Source: Neoconidiobolus thromboides FSU 785 (lineage: Eukaryota; Fungi; Entomophthoromycota). From it: a stretch of 39,191 nucleotides of DNA. Positions 37,730-39,191 of this stretch are shown here, piece after piece; position 1 is the stretch's first letter; every line of letters starts with the position of its first letter. Made by a program: the position numbers and the translations under genes. The stretch covers positions 1 to 39,191 of the forward strand of contig MU626436.1 in the NCBI GenBank assembly GCA_025603075.1, given 5' to 3'. The notes below the pieces were generated by a model that ran no database searches, was not told the DNA's origin, and was given only the letters and a program-made list of their open reading frames with translations.

Positions 37730-38100
37730 AAATATCATATTAAATAAAGTAAACTACGAAAGTTGATATTTCTCCTTTTTATGTTAAATCCAGGTGTATA
37801 TCTTTTACTCAAGAATAGACATGAGACTATTCCCAACCTTTTATTATTTTATTACCTACTCTATCATTAACTATGATAAGATTTATAATCCTAATAGTTT
37901 TAGAAATAAATGTAATAATATCACCGATGTTATTCTCAGTGATCTATGAGCTATACATTTCTTTTATTCATTCCAAGCTATTAGTTGACGACCTTCCCGC
38001 TCTTTTATGATCTGCTATCTACCTACTGTACATTAGATAAATTCATATGAAACCGAGTATAGTTTGTTCATTATCCTTTGTGATACCCAAAACTAGGTTT
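37730..38100 (-). mobile_element. Possible decayed Ty1/copia RT-RNase H fragment
   Basis: Across shifting frames: NLVLGITKDNEQTILGF, DSRS*KSG, LIAWN, KRKCIA, KGEI and DIF. These occur in the order expected for copia RNase H. Many stops; recognised by eye only. Confidence 0.3.
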
Positions 38101-38327
38101 ATAAGTTTTACAATAACTACTGATATCTAACAGTTTTTTCTTATTCCTATTGTATAACTCCTCATTTCATGATGTTTTATATAATCTTTTCTAATAAAAT
38201 ATAACTTAAAATTTTTTAATTTATAAAATATCGCCGAACTTATCGTTTAGAATAAAAGTAATAAAAATTTAATGTTAAATTATCTATAAAGCTATTTAAC
38301 ATGCTACTACTTTCTTTTCAATTACAG

Positions 38328-38430
38328 TATATGGGGATGTATTTTTCTTTAAGAATTTTACTAACAAATTTTCCGCTTAAATAACACTTAAAAAATAGAA
38401 AAAATAATAGTCAAAAAACACTATCATATA
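38328..38430 (+). mobile_element. MITE-like TIR element, copy 6
   Basis: TATATGGGGATGTATTTTT...AAGAATTTTACTAACAA...CTTAAATAACACTTAAAAAATAGAAAAAATAAT...AAAAAACACTATCATATA. Confidence 0.75.
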
Positions 38431-38542
38431 AAGCAGAAGTTTTATATATTGGTTCGAATTAATTAGAAATCAACTGGTCTATTAAAGTCAAAAGTAGCAT
38501 ATAGTTTGAAATATTATAAAATAATTTAACAAAATAAATAAT

Positions 38543-38578
38543 ACTTGGAGATGTGTTTTTCAAGAATTTTACTAACAA
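38543..38578 (+). mobile_element. Partial MITE-like element (left end only)
   Basis: TTGGAGATGTGTTTTTCAAGAATTTTACTAACAA matches the left TIR plus the start of the core. Confidence 0.55.
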
Positions 38579-39191
38579 GTAAATTCCTTACAATACTAAA
38601 TAAATTTAAATTATATTATAACTTATCAGAGCCTATTATTGTATTAAAAATAAATTTGATAAATTTTTATAAAAGACAGTAAATATAATAATAACTAACT
38701 AAAGGATCATTTATAAGAAAAATTAAATCTTTTTAATGAAACTACTATACATGAATTTAAATAGTTATATTTAACAAAAAACATAATAGGGCATTTGTAT
38801 TATTTAATTGAAAATTAAGCTAGTAATTTTTCAAATTCTAATCTTCTTAAACAAAAATTCAAAATGAATTATTTCATTAAAAGCTACAAATGTTGTACAT
38901 TAAAGAAATTGTTATATTACTTAATAAGAGTTTGATTATACAAACAGTAGATTAAACTAATATAAAGTTTGTATTTTAATTAAGCTTTATTGTATTGTTA
39001 ATAATAAAAAGGTGTTATTATACAAAGCAATCAATTACAACAAAATATCTTTTAATTCGTTAATTATACATAATCTAATTTAACAATGATATTATTAGTG
39101 ATGGCGTGAGTTATTTTTGTAAAAAGTCTAGTAAATAGTTTTATAAAGTTATTTAATATAATATACTTAAAGTATAAATTTCGAGTACTAA

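Overview
Very AT-rich eukaryotic DNA with many short introns, almost all GT-AG. The genes are fungal-like; an early-diverging fungus (e.g. Conidiobolus/Entomophthoromycotina-like) is my inference only. The ORF track is misleading because most genes are spliced, so the gene models were rebuilt by hand. Left two-thirds, compact housekeeping genes: a 3'-truncated secreted Cys-repeat protein, tRNA-Gln(TTG), ACAD8-like acyl-CoA dehydrogenase, FPP synthase, tRNA-Leu(AAG), a 13-exon cyclophilin, Integrator subunit INTS4, LSM6, TYW2, RAD17, GID4/VID24, RIM2, SDH2 and SED5. Right third, accessory-like: a cluster of LigE-like glutathione transferases (three intact plus one pseudogene), a stand-alone FetA/YbbL/STAR1-like ABC ATPase with a GATA-rich upstream region, a small serine palmitoyltransferase subunit and decayed retroelement-like relics. 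Main highlights: (1) a minor-spliceosome (U12-type) AT-AC intron flanked by 22-, 10- and 6-nt exons in the cyclophilin catalytic core, next to INTS4 and LSM6; (2) a ~105-bp terminal-inverted-repeat element (MITE-like) in six full copies and one partial copy; (3) birth-and-death evolution of the GST cluster, with a perfect 106-bp identity tract between the inverted paralogs.
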